Assembly (NCBI RefSeq): GCF_009914755.1
Contig: NC_060931.1
DNA from: the human T2T-CHM13v2.0 reference genome, Homo sapiens
Length of the DNA stretch: 64,000 bases
Strand: one strand, 5' to 3'
This document shows positions 1-11,774 of the stretch, piece by piece. The translations under genes and the position numbers were made by a program. Every line of letters begins with the position of its first letter. Within the stretch, counting starts at the first letter, position 1. Below the pieces are notes generated by a model. It saw only the letters and a program-made list of their open reading frames with translations. It searched no databases and was not told where the DNA came from.

Positions 1-444
1 TCTGATATTGCATGGAGATGACCTGTGTAACCACTGAGATATTGCCAAAATATTTGTGTATAACTTACAAGTTTAGATTATGAAAGATATGTGGCTTCTG
101 ACTTGCCCTCTCTTGGTTCATTCAGTCTGGGGGAAGCCATCTATGATGTCATGGAAATACTCAAGCAGTGTTTTGAAAAGGAAATGAGACCTCCTGCCAG
201 CAACCATGTGAGTGACCCATGATCTTCTTGGAAGCAGATCTTTTGGCACCAGTTAATTCTTAAGAGGACTGCAGGTCTGGCCAATATTTTGACCATAAAC
301 TCATGATAGACCCTGAGTCAGAACCACCTGGCTAAACTGTACCTGAATTTCTGATGCAAAGCAACTATGGGATAATGAATATTTATTGGTTATAAGCTGC
401 TAAATTTTGAGGTAATATTTTATGCAGCAATAGATAACTGATAC
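1..444 (+). mobile_element. MaLR LTR (MLT1F/G/H-like), 5' part cut by window edge
   Basis: Typical MLT1 3' end (ttataagctgctaaattttgaggtaat...gcagcaatagataactgataca), ending in CA; internal gaccctgagtcagaaccacctggctaa motif. Confidence 0.85.
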
Positions 445-812
445 AGATTATGGTGGCTGGAATAGGTATGTTGCCATACCCAAAAATCTAAAACATGGGA
501 ATGGCATATTGAAAGTGTGCAGGGGCCAGCAGCTGGAAGGACGATGATGAGTGTGTTGGTAAAAGCCAAAGGTACTTTGAGAGGCTGCTTGAAGCAGACT
601 GAAGGCCCTAAAAGTGACTGCCAGTAAAGACTTAAAATAAGTGAGGAGGATGTTATTGGAAACTTGAGGAATGGGGACTTTTGTTATAACACAGCAGGAA
701 GTTGAGCAATACTGTCACCTATAATAATGTGGAAGTCGAAATTATATCCAATTAACTGGGTGATCTAGCTAAGATTTCCACACAGACTGTTAAGGGTGCC
801 ACCTTTCTTATC
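445..812 (+). mobile_element. MLT1 internal sequence (MLT1-int fragment)
   Basis: Directly follows the LTR; resembles the MLT-int start (ttgccatacccaaaaatctaaaacatgg...ttattggaaacttgagg...gatctagctaagatttcc). Confidence 0.7.
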
Positions 813-814
813 AG

Positions 815-1345
815 GGTATCTCTAATACTTGCCACTTTCTAGTCACCAAATCCAACTAGTATAATATATCATTCATATAGTGGACCAGGGTCATGTTCTG
901 AGGAATGTCAAGACAATCAAGATCTCTGCCAACTATATTTTGACAAACGGCAGAAGTGTTAATTTGGCCCTGGGGTGAGGGAGTAAATGTGTACTGCTGT
1001 ATATTCGCTATTAAAAGCAAACAGCTTTTGATATTTCTTACCAATGAGAATTGAGGAAAAAAGCGTATTTGCTAGATTAGTATCTGCATATCAAGTGTCA
1101 AAGGCTGTGTTGATTTCTTCTAGTTTAGATACAACTCATTCATAATAGTTGCAATTGGGGCCAACATATGGTTAAGTTTATAATAGCTTGCTGTCATCTT
1201 CCATGACTCATCCAGTTTTGTTCTACTTTTTTTCAGGGAAAATACAAGTTGGTTGAACAGGAATATAATGTGGACAACGTCTCCTGCATCTTCTGAATCT
1301 TTGATGCAACAATAATTTCTGGAATTCTTCCAAAGATGTTATGCT
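815..1345 (-). pseudogene. ERVL (HERV-L/ERVL-E-like) pol reverse-transcriptase fragment, frameshifted
   Basis: Minus-strand translations IKDSEDAGDVV, KLDESWKMTASYYKLNHMLAPIA, LEEINTAFDT*YADTNLANTLFS and QQYTFTPSPQGQINTSAVCQNIVGRDLD...LVHYMNDI align to ERVL RT motifs (IKDLKDAGVV, DGSWRMTVDYRKLN, YAAIDLANAFFS, QYTFTVLPQG, HYIDDI). Confidence 0.9.
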
Positions 1346-1449
1346 AGAGCACAATACAATGTGTTTCATTCCCCATCTACAATGCATCCCAAGATACCAA
1401 AAAATGAGAGTCTTAGTAACTATAAACAGGAAGCTACTATATTTCCACC

Positions 1450-1767
1450 CAGCAGATGAGAGAGCAAAACACTATCCACTTGCTTCTATTACCCATTGAT
1501 CCATAACGAGCACAGGATCATTAACATTAATTCCCTCACAACTTCAAGTTGTGCACAAGTGAGTGCTGAGTGGGTTTCTGCAGGTGTCTTGCACTACCAT
1601 GTCAGAGAAGCCCTGGAAAAGTAGGTTGCTCGGCCTGTGGTAAGTGGCAGTCAGTTTGCATCTGTGTGAATCTGGTGAAACCTGTGCAAAACTGGAAGCC
1701 ACAAGAGTGAGCGAAGGCAGAGGTGGAGCCAAGAGGATGCAAAATAGCACAGAAGTAGCATCACACA
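1450..1767 (-). mobile_element. ERVL-class LTR remnant (LTR33/LTR50-like)
   Basis: Resembles the old ERVL LTR core (gtgagtgctgagtgggttt...gtcagagaagccctgg); begins TG on the minus strand, upstream of the pol fragment. Family uncertain. Confidence 0.45.
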
Positions 1768-1786
1768 ATGAGCTTGTGGTAGATGT

Positions 1787-1791
1787 ATTTG

Positions 1792-1822
<31 letters not shown>

Positions 1823-1823
1823 T
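1787..1823. repeat. (TTTTG)n microsatellite
   Basis: Tandem ttttg units visible. Confidence 0.9.
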
Positions 1824-2009
1824 CTAAAAATGCTTTCTTCTGAAAGGCATTTGTTTTTCTATGAACTAATAAATGTTAGGGACAAAACTGCAAAAGGCTA
1901 AAGATGTCTGCATTTTTATCACATTAACTTACTCAAAAGATAGTGAGGGCCTACAATGTGCTAGGTGCTGTGATAGGCAAGCAAAATTGACATGTGTTAA
2001 GATAAGCAA

Positions 2010-2438
2010 ACACTACCAAAAGTGGAAACAATCCAAATGTCTAATAATAATAGACAAAAATGTGATATACATACAATGGGATATTATTTAGCCTTAAAAC
2101 GAAACTCTGATGCTACAACACGGATGAGCCTGGAAAGATTATGCTAAGTGACGTAAGCAAGACACAAAAGGACAAATACTGTATGATCCCATTTATATGA
2201 AATACCTAGAATGGTCAAATTCATAGAGACAGAAGATAGAGTGGTGGTTATGAGGGGATAGGTGAAGAAGGATATGGGAAAGTATTGGTTGATGAGTGCA
2301 GAGTTCCAGTTTCAGAAAATAAAGAATTCTAGAAATGGATAGTGGTGATGGTGGCACAACAATGTGAATGCATTTAGTGCCACTGAATTTTTCACTTAGA
2401 AATGGTCAAAATAGTAAATTTTATGTTTTCTCTACCAC
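2010..2438 (+). mobile_element. Old LINE-1 3' end (L1MB-type)
   Basis: aaagtggaaacaatccaaatgtc...gacaaatactgtatgatcccatttatatgaa...gatagtggtgatggtggcacaacaatgtgaatg matches the L1MB ORF2 end and 3'UTR. Confidence 0.85.
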
Positions 2439-2440
2439 TG

Positions 2441-2496
2441 TATCCATCTATTATCTATCTATCTATCAACTATCTATCTATCTATCTATCTATCTA
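2441..2496. repeat. (TCTA)n microsatellite at L1 tail position
   Basis: Imperfect tcta/tatc tandem array. Confidence 0.9.
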
Positions 2497-4416
2497 GCAC
2501 TACAATGAACTATAGCCCACCCTTTTTTAGTCATGTATATAATATTCTGAAACTTAGAGAATACTTCTATATATAGCAACATTACCTCAAGGTTCTAAGG
2601 AGTTAATGCCAAGTTCAAAGCCTTGGGGAACTTTTAAACCCCTTAGACCTAAAGGCAATTTATTTGAGACAGTCAAGCAAAAAGTAAAGGGCCAATTATA
2701 GATCTGGTAGCTTTTCTTTGTTTTATTAAACACTGAAAAAAGGAAATAATAGCTCAGAAATGCCCATTATCATCTTAGTTTTAGTGGCTAGTATATTAAA
2801 TTGGTGGTTGTTACTAGAAATAATATATTCTAAGTTCATCATCTGATGACATTATATTATCAATTGTATACCTCAAGAACTGCAATATAGTTTTAGCCAA
2901 TAAATAATAAATTGTAGAAACCATCTTCTCAGAATGGAACATAAAATGAAGTGAAGTTAATGTGTTGATTTCTAGAATGATTTTATTACACATCTAGAAG
3001 CATATTTTATTCCTTAATTCTTTAGGACATTTTTGCCCATACTCTGGTTAACAAATGTGTCCATGGCTGTTACGTTTCCTTTTTTATCAAAATTATTTAT
3101 AGATACATATTAAATTTTAGTATTCCCCATGCATATCATAAACCACACCAGTAAACCAGGGCCAAAGTAAATCTTTATCCTAAAGTTGTACAGCAATTAA
3201 TCAGGCTGAAGAAAAAAAAAGAGAGGAAAAAATGTCAATTGTTTCCTTTCTGGCACGGGAGCAGGACTGGCATTACTACAAATAATTATTTAGGATAAGA
3301 ATAAATTTGGTTTTTGAAAAGACTACTGTGATACACTTAGAACACTAAAACGCATGACTTATTTACAAGACACTGTAGACACTGTAAAGCCTGCCTTAAT
3401 GCAATGGCATTAATTATGCATTGCCATGTATATTGTAATTTCCATAATAATTTCTGTCCTACTAAGTGCCATCATCATTATAAAGGATTAGAAGAGTAAT
3501 TCAGGCACCTGAAACTAAATTTCCAACATGCGAATTGGTATGTATATGTCTGTAAATATACTTCTACATATTTATTCTTTAATGTATCAAAATTGGTTCA
3601 TTTATGATAACAAATATACCATATTATGTAAAACTTTTTATTAAGTTGAAATTATAAATATACTTTTAAAATAAAAATGGTTTTGCTTCCAAAATGCATC
3701 ATCTGAGGGTGAGGCAAACTCCATGTGTCTAAAGAAACTGAATTTATGGTTTAGGGTAATAATTTGCATCATTACTGACTTGGAAATGTTTATTAGAACT
3801 TAGATTGATTATTCCTATAATTGATAAAAGTCAACTGAATTTTGTTAGGTTAAACATGAACTCAAAGCTATAGGATTCTAGGAAAAATAATCAGTAGGTG
3901 ATCAGTTAACAATCTGAATGCAAATGTTTAATTTCCAAAAAAAGCGAATTGAGGAATAGCTTAATTTTTTAGTAACATCTTCTCAACTTACTTACTATAA
4001 GCAAGAGATTTATATGGCATTTATTGTTTACTTATTCTATAGAAGACACTGTATTGTTTTTGCAAATTTCTCACCATCTGCATCTTTCAACAACCCTGCC
4101 ATACAGGTTTTAACTACCATTATTTCAATAGTTATTTTACTGACTATTTTTATAGTTATTGTATTTTTGTTTAGTTATTTTATTTTTTATTATTTTGCTG
4201 ATTCAAAATTTGAGAATTTAAGAGGCCCTGCTTATTATGAACACATAAATAGTACCCATGTCACACAACTATTTAGCAGTAGAGGGAGATTTTCTAGCTC
4301 AAGTTGTTTGACTTCAGGGTTTTGTCCCCAAGCCAATTTGCTCATAACCATTTCCTCTAAGAAACACTCTTCTAAAGCTTCCAAGCCCAGAGAGGAACAC
4401 CGAGATCCACTCCCAG

Positions 4417-4420
<4 letters not shown>

Positions 4421-4472
<52 letters not shown>
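4421..4472. repeat. (GT)26 microsatellite
   Basis: Perfect dinucleotide run. Confidence 0.98.
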
Positions 4473-4476
<4 letters not shown>

Positions 4477-4480
4477 CCCA

Positions 4481-4634
4481 GAGACAGAGTCTTGCTATGT
4501 TGCCCAGGCTGTAGTGCAGTGAGTATTCACAGGTGCAATCATAGCACGTTACATCCTGGATGTCTTAAGCTCAATCAATCCTGCCTCAGTCTCCTGAGTA
4601 GCTGGAACTACAGGCATGTGTCATTGCACCTAGC
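4481..4634 (-). mobile_element. FAM (fossil Alu monomer, 7SL-derived SINE)
   Basis: Single Alu monomer carrying the 7SL/FAM-diagnostic segment tattcacaggtgcaatcatagcac that dimeric Alus lack. Confidence 0.85.
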
Positions 4635-7600
4635 TTCAGTTATGCTTTTGAGTAGGCCAGCCAGCAATCAGTTTTGTACACACAATGAGAAAAGTAACCT
4701 CTTCAACAAGCACAATAGCAGGAATTGGCTGAAGTCTAGTTTATACCAGTATTTTGCCAAGAAAACCCATCGTAGTCATGTGCACTAAAATAAGTATCAA
4801 ACATTCTCAATGCATTTACCTTACTGTTTGCTTCTCATAATGTTACTATAAAAATACAATGAAATTGATTTTCTTTTCTGCATTCACTTGAATTAATAGT
4901 TTATTGATTATTATTGAGTAAAAATATTCACAAATATATAATATTATAGTTAGATTGTCTTCTATGTTCTTACTAAATCACTGAACATTGAGGAGAAGAA
5001 GAAGCACAATCCAAGTATTCTGTGTAGGAACTCAAAGTTGAGAGATATTTTTTTCTAAAAGAAGAATCTCTGATAATTTATAATCTGAATTCTAGGGTTG
5101 AGGATTGTATAGTTTCTGGGACCTTGATAATTAAATATAATCTATACACTTCCAAGTTTCTTAAGAATTAGATTCTTTGATCAGTGTTTTTCACACAACA
5201 ATTTTAGCTTAGAAACTATGGCAAATATTTTTAAAAGTCCTACATTAAGTTTAAAATACAATGCCATAACTAGATTTGATCAATGTTGAGTATTTCTAAT
5301 TCTGATGAAAGGATGTGCTATTAATAAAATCAGATAATCAGTCTTAACTTCAAAGGAATGTCACCCAATAAAGCAGTGTTGAAGATGCATATAATTGTGT
5401 TAGTTGTTCTTTAATAACTGTGGACACGACATTTTATCTCTAACTAGAAAAATCTTCTTTTAGCCTGAAGCAATAGATCTTATTCAAAATTAGGGAGTCA
5501 GTAATTAACATCCATTTTCTTAGTTTTGTTTCTATACATACTTGTTTGTGTATGGATATAAATTTCTCCTTCGATATTAAATTTCTATGTGTGGGAACTA
5601 TGTGTAAGCTGACAAATTCCACAAGTATTAAATAGCCATAACTTAAAAAATATATTAGTATTGGTTTATGTGGCCAATCTGTATTTCAAGACACATCATT
5701 AGTCTTTTTGAAGACACATGCAGATGAATAATACATGTCTTTCGCTTGATTGAAAAATCACAGTAAGGATGCATTTTAAAATATAACATATATCTACTGA
5801 AATCGAACTCTGGCATTAATACACATGGTTTACTGAGTAGTTGGTTCCAAGAATATAATAGAGAATAAACTAAGGCAAATGTTCGATAAGGAATATGAAA
5901 GCTGACAGTTGCATATTGAAGGAAATTGTAAAATTTAAACCTGAAGGATGTCTTGATGATGAATAGTGCAACGTTTTATAGCCAAGATCTTCCAACCATC
6001 AGAAGTTAAATACAGGTAATACAGTCATTATCTAAGCCAGGGTCAGAACCCTGGTGTCCTGACTTCTCAGCTTAGCAGTCTCTCATTCAACATTAGGAGC
6101 CTATAATTCAGATGAATAGCTCACAGTGGGATTGTATTTCTTAAACTGTTTTTGTAAATTATCAAAGTGCTTCTGGGTTCCATAAATAATTAAGTAAATT
6201 ATGATAAAAAATATTATTTATTTTAGAATCTGTGATTTGTTAGGATCCACAAGTATGCTGTAACACAGTCTTTCTGTGTATCACTGAAAGATGTTTTTTC
6301 AGGCTGGAACACTTCTGGTGACAGAGCTCATTGTTTAGCAAAGTTGCTGACTCTGTTGTTGGACAGCTACACCTACTAGAGGTTTCTTTCTCATATGCCT
6401 ATAAAATCTTCTTCTCTAAGAATTCTAATCTAACCCCATTCCTAACAGCTTTTCAACTCCTAAAAACCTCCAAACTAAATACTCTTGTTTTTGTTCCTTC
6501 TTCCTAATAAGACTCTTGTCTTAACATTAGACATGTAGCTTTTCTGGGGCACTGCTAGATTTTACAATAATGTCATAGAACAATTTGAAAACTAGTAAAG
6601 AAAATAAAACAGAGTAGACAAACAGTAAATACATAAAATACCTGACCACCTCCATATATCTTTTATTCTTTTTGAAATAAAAAAGACAAATGACCTCATA
6701 TCCATTTCAATATGGTAAGTCTCACTCCAAATATCTCTAAATACTCTGCTAAGTCATCTCACACACATTCTATTGAGGTTCACAATTCCTTGATTTACAC
6801 TGTGCTGTGTAGTAAATTTACTTGCCATGGTCATTGTTTGCATAATTGCTTGGGCAACTCAGCTGCCTAAGGACAAAATCACATATTGAAAACCCTGTGC
6901 CTGAGTACTTATTCCTTCAACAAATCCTATCCAGAGGCTGACTTGAGGAACTAGATCTTCATTTCACCTCTGAATTCTTCCCGATTTCTTAATCAGCAGC
7001 CTTCACTGATACAGGTTCTTGAGGTGTCACGTATTCAGTTATCACACCCACAAAGTTTTCCCCTCAGGAGGCTATAATATTCCATTTTACAGTTCAAAAT
7101 TGACAGCATTTAGGTTGCATTTGAAGATAAATGCCCATTATATGTTTTTATGCTTAGACAAGGTGTTGTGTGCAATGTTATTAAGGAATTAAGAGTGAAT
7201 GCATGACAAATGCTTTACATATTGATCTGCATCATTCAGCACTCTCTTGGAAACAAATGAAAATTATTTAAATCAAAATTGCACTCACAACAAATTAAAT
7301 TATTTTTACAGGAATCAGTTCCAGTGCTAAAAATGTTGTGGGCATTCACTACCAAATGCTCATTGTCTGCTAAGGTACAACGGTCATAGGGGCTCACAGT
7401 TCACAGATGGTCTCCAGGCTAACTAGGACACACCAGAGGGATAGAGAAAGCTTGCAGTTGGATTATCTAGATCTCGTTCTCTACCGGAATTTATTTTTAA
7501 TGATTATCTTTTGGATAAATACACCTTGACTCTAGGCATTAGTTTAGATCATGTGTGTTTTTAAAAACCAGGCTTTAAATAAAAAGAATTAGTACCTACG

Positions 7601-8229
7601 GCTCATTCATAACAATATCTGGTTAACTTAACCATTCCATTCCATTTGATTTAAAAAATATTATGTGTGTCTAGAATTTTAAACATCAACATATCATTGC
7701 CCATCCAGCAAATCAGTCAGAATTACTTCTCTCTTCATTTACTCATTACCTTTCTGAGTTGAGAAATACCTGAAGTCGGAAGGTGGGTTTGTAGAGGAAT
7801 TTTCTTTCATGTATGTTATTGTAAGAAAAATCAAATTGTTTTTAATATAGAAAAACAAAGGACAAACATTTGTTATTTTCCTTTTTTAAAAAGTATGATG
7901 AAGAGAAAAAGATTAACTTTGATTGTTCACAGCAAATTCTGAAGTAAATTCCATGTTACTCAATTGTTAAGACTGCCATGTATTAAATTTTACATTGTGT
8001 CCTACAGTCATGATCTTGAAGAGTGAGGACAAGCAGACATATGATGTATGCCTTAGCAATGTAGCCTTAAAAATGTGCTTTAAATTATAGCTCTTTGCCA
8101 TGTATCCTATTAATATTGAATATGTATACATAGCAGTGTGAGCTTTGTGATTCCAGTCAGAATGGGGGAAAATAAGTACACTGAGAACATAAAGAAGACA
8201 TTAAATCCTTAGTAGAACTCACAAGTTGG

Positions 8230-8470
8230 TGGAAATCATGAGATTTGAGTTGGATAGGTAGGAATGCAAATCATGGGACTTGAGGTTGTTTAGGTACAAT
8301 TGTGAAGGTAGAGAATTCCAGGAATAGGGAAGGATATAAACAAAAACAGCAAGTACGGGCTGTGTAAATAGGCAGTGGAGCATAGACATGGGAAAGAAAC
8401 AGGGACCCTGGAATCAGGTTGTAGAAGGTGTGGAACCATTACTATGGGTAAATCCTTGACTAATATACTC
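8230..8470 (-). mobile_element. L2 fragment
   Basis: Purine-rich gagaattccaggaatagggaagg...catgggaaag pattern typical of antisense L2. Confidence 0.45.
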
Positions 8471-10254
8471 TTCAATGCCTAACTATAGGTATATCCTGCT
8501 CTCCTTCAATAACCTGCTTTAATTGTGCTCACCTACACTCTTAAGTTATGTAGGTTCAAGAGGATTTCTCACATTATCTGTCCCAAATGTTTTGACACAT
8601 AGTTATATTGTATCCTCTATTGTTCACCAAGTATTTAACATATGCAAATCTATTTCTCTACGAGTTTAAACCATTCACAGATAAGAACTTTGTCACGTTC
8701 CTTTTGTAGTTCCCACTATAGTGCTAGACTGACAGTAAATATAGTTATGAAAGCACTTTTTAAAGCATATTTAAGATATAATTGGTATTGCTCCTTAATA
8801 AATTCTTGGTGAACTGCAAGAATGAGCAGAAGGTAGCTGTTTCTAGAAGTACTCAAAGGAAAAGATTCTGAATTAAAAATAATATTTTTACATTCCTGTG
8901 TGAGTTATCAAGAGGCTAGGAAATAGAGTACCTGAGCTATGGAGGTCAAGGTTATAGAACACTCAGAAAGTGACAGCAATGAAAGTCAAGTACTAGATGG
9001 TATGCCACCCTGCTAGCTTCAACAAGGGACCAGCAGTCAGTGAGGCGAACATAAAAAATGCATCCATCACCGGGCTAATTAGTGAGAAAAATGAACACAT
9101 AGGTTAAAGAAATTTGTGCCTGAAAACTAATTCAAAACTGAAGCAGCTGCTGAAAGGCATTAGGCAATTCAAATATAATGTGTGACTATTTCTTTTTAAG
9201 AGAGAGTCACTTATTATTGTTGAAAATGAAGACATAACAGCAAACTTTAACATGATTTTCCTACTGGTTTATTTTCTTTTTCCAGACATTGTCATCAGAA
9301 GGATGTGTCTATCACGTGTATTTTATTTTAGATGTGTTTGTCACTTGCTAATACACTTGCAAAGATGACTGCAAGAAGTGATGGAATACAAATTATTTCC
9401 TCCAGATAGGCCTTTTTTTTCACTCAGATGGTGTTAATGGTTGACTTATTATTTCAATGGCATTTTCTTCAGTGTCACAATGTCTCTCTGAGGGTGTGTT
9501 ACATTTTCATAGGTTCTATCCTCCTAAAGCATCCTGTTTTCTCCATGTGATAAACACTGCCCCTAAGATTTGAAATTTACAGCTATCGCAAGAAATCTCA
9601 GTCTCCTAGGGGACTCTTTACTTATATTTCCAAAGGCTGAATATTTATCTGTAGATAAGCAGAGTTTCAGGATTTTATACCCTAAAAATTCCAGTCTTAC
9701 GTTATTCGATTTCTTGCGGTTTTCATGACATAAGGAATTCTAAAGCAGAGGCTACTAGTGTGGGAATTCCTTTGTCTCTGGCATATCTGTAGCTTCTGGA
9801 ATATAAGTTTTGTTTCTCTTGAAAAGAAAATGAGCACATGTAAGATGTACTGTATCTTAAGATTCAGAGCAGAACTCAGAATAAATATAGTGTATGCCTA
9901 AAAGGATGAGTGAAAAGAAAGGAGGGAATTATCAACTGTGGGTATATTTCTTTGACTCAAACTGCACTTTTAGAGGTATTTCTGAAAGAAAAATACATGA
10001 CACATTTTAGGTTTTGAACTCACTTAAACACACACACAGACACTCCTATCTTTAATTAATCTCCAACTCTTCCAGTTATTACTCATTTGTCACTGATTTC
10101 CTTATTATGTAAATGCTTGGCCATGAGTGGCTTAGATCCCAGTTACACATTTGGTTACAGTAGTTTATGAATGTGCTAAAAGGCACTGGAGCAAACTATA
10201 TTCACATCTAGACTTCTAAAATTGCAAATCACCTATTCACTTTTGTCCACTTCT

Positions 10255-10710
10255 CATCTGTTCTCTGCACCGAGCGGTCAGAGAAATCTTTTCAACATGC
10301 AAATTTGTTCATGTCACTTTCTTGCTTAGAACTCTGATGCCCTCTCATTGCTCTTAGGTTTAAGGAAATCTTGTTAGCATGACCTATAAATTCTACGACG
10401 TTCTGACCTGTACTTCACTCTGTAAACTTATATTGTATTTCATTCTCTCTTGATATTGTGTTTTGGCACAATTGCCTTCTATACCATTTTCTCTCAGATA
10501 GATCTCTTCCCTATTATTATTTATAATAATAGATATTATTTTATTGTAGCACTTAGTGTGTTGCAATTATCTGTCTCTTATTAATTAGATTACTAGTGCC
10601 TTGAAGGTGGGTACATTCTTGTTATTTTTCTATTTCCAGTGATTAGGATAGTACAGATCACATATTAATTGGTATTCCATAAATACTGTTAATGAATGAG
10701 TTAAATGAAT
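10255..10710 (+). mobile_element. L2 (L2a-like) 3' end
   Basis: aaatttgttcatgtcactttcttgcttagaactct...ccttgaaggtgggtac...aaatactgttaatgaatgagttaaatgaat terminal motif. Confidence 0.75.
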
Positions 10711-10844
10711 AAAATGTCCAGCTGCTTAATTAGAAAAATGTGTCACTGTTAATACATTAGTGAGGTGAAATCTCTTCCAATGAGCACACTACCTTAATTC
10801 AATTATAATACAAATTTTGCTAGATGTTCTGTCTAAGAATCTAG

Positions 10845-11012
10845 ACCCTTCTATTCAAAGTATGATCCAGTAACCAGGACATTGGCAATGCTCAGGAATG
10901 TATTAAAAATGCAGAATCTCAGGCCTGACCTCAGACCTAATGATTAAGAATCTATATTTCTTACAGACCTCCAAGGTAATTTACATGTGTATTAAAAATT
11001 TAAGAAGCACAG
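10845..11012 (+). mobile_element. MER5 (hAT-Charlie) DNA transposon
   Basis: aaatgcagaatctcaggcctgacctcagacctaatga...aaatttaagaagcac, the MER5A/B core. Confidence 0.75.
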
Positions 11013-11039
11013 ATAATTAATGTACACAGATTTATAAAA

Positions 11040-11765
11040 AAGATATTTATGTCAAGATGAATGGAAACACATATGCTTCTAGATGTAAAGAATTAATATA
11101 GCAAGAAAGCCAATTTCTCCTAGAAAAATTTACAAACTCATTTCTGCTTTCAACAGATAGAGAGTAACAACTATGTCAAGTACTGTGCTAAGCACTGGAT
11201 ATTCTCTGATGTTCAAAAGAGATATGGTTACTGCCCTTTTGCAGCATTCCACCTATTTGGAAAATTAGGTTAAGTAAGGAATACAAAAGTTCTTATGCAA
11301 TAACAAAGCAAAGACTTGCAGAAAATTCAGGTTGATATAAATTAAATAAAAATGTTATAAAACAATTCTGGAATATCTAAGATAAACATTACAAACAAAG
11401 TAATAATATAGGGCCTTACATGATTTTATGTTATGCCATATTTTGATGTCATGTGAAATAGAAGTGTAACACCCAAGAAAAAATAGAAAAACAGTTCAAG
11501 AGAAGAACATAATAAAATATACAGAAACACATACAAATGTATATATGATAAAAGTGATACATTACATTAACAATGAAATGAAACTGAATAGAAATTAAAT
11601 AACAATACTGAAATTCCTGATTAATTTTTGTTTGAAAGAAGTTAAGTCTCTACCTGGTCCCATATACCACAAAAAATTACATATGGATTAAGTAGGTAAA
11701 TATAAAAATGCAAACTTGTCATAACCAGAAGACATTAGAATATGAGCAAATGTGTTTTTAAAACA
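11040..11765 (+). mobile_element. Ancient L1ME ORF2 3' fragment, interrupted by an L2-like piece at ~11150-11260
   Basis: Degenerate ORF2 tail motifs (aattaatatagcaagaaagccaatttctcc, cccatataccacaaaaaattacatatggatta). Confidence 0.55.
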
Positions 11766-11774
11766 AAGAAGTCT

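Noticed and set aside
4014-4788. 166-aa and 121-aa ORFs with hydrophobic and CVCV stretches
   Set aside because: Produced by T-rich low-complexity sequence, the (GT)n repeat and the FAM element; no protein homology.
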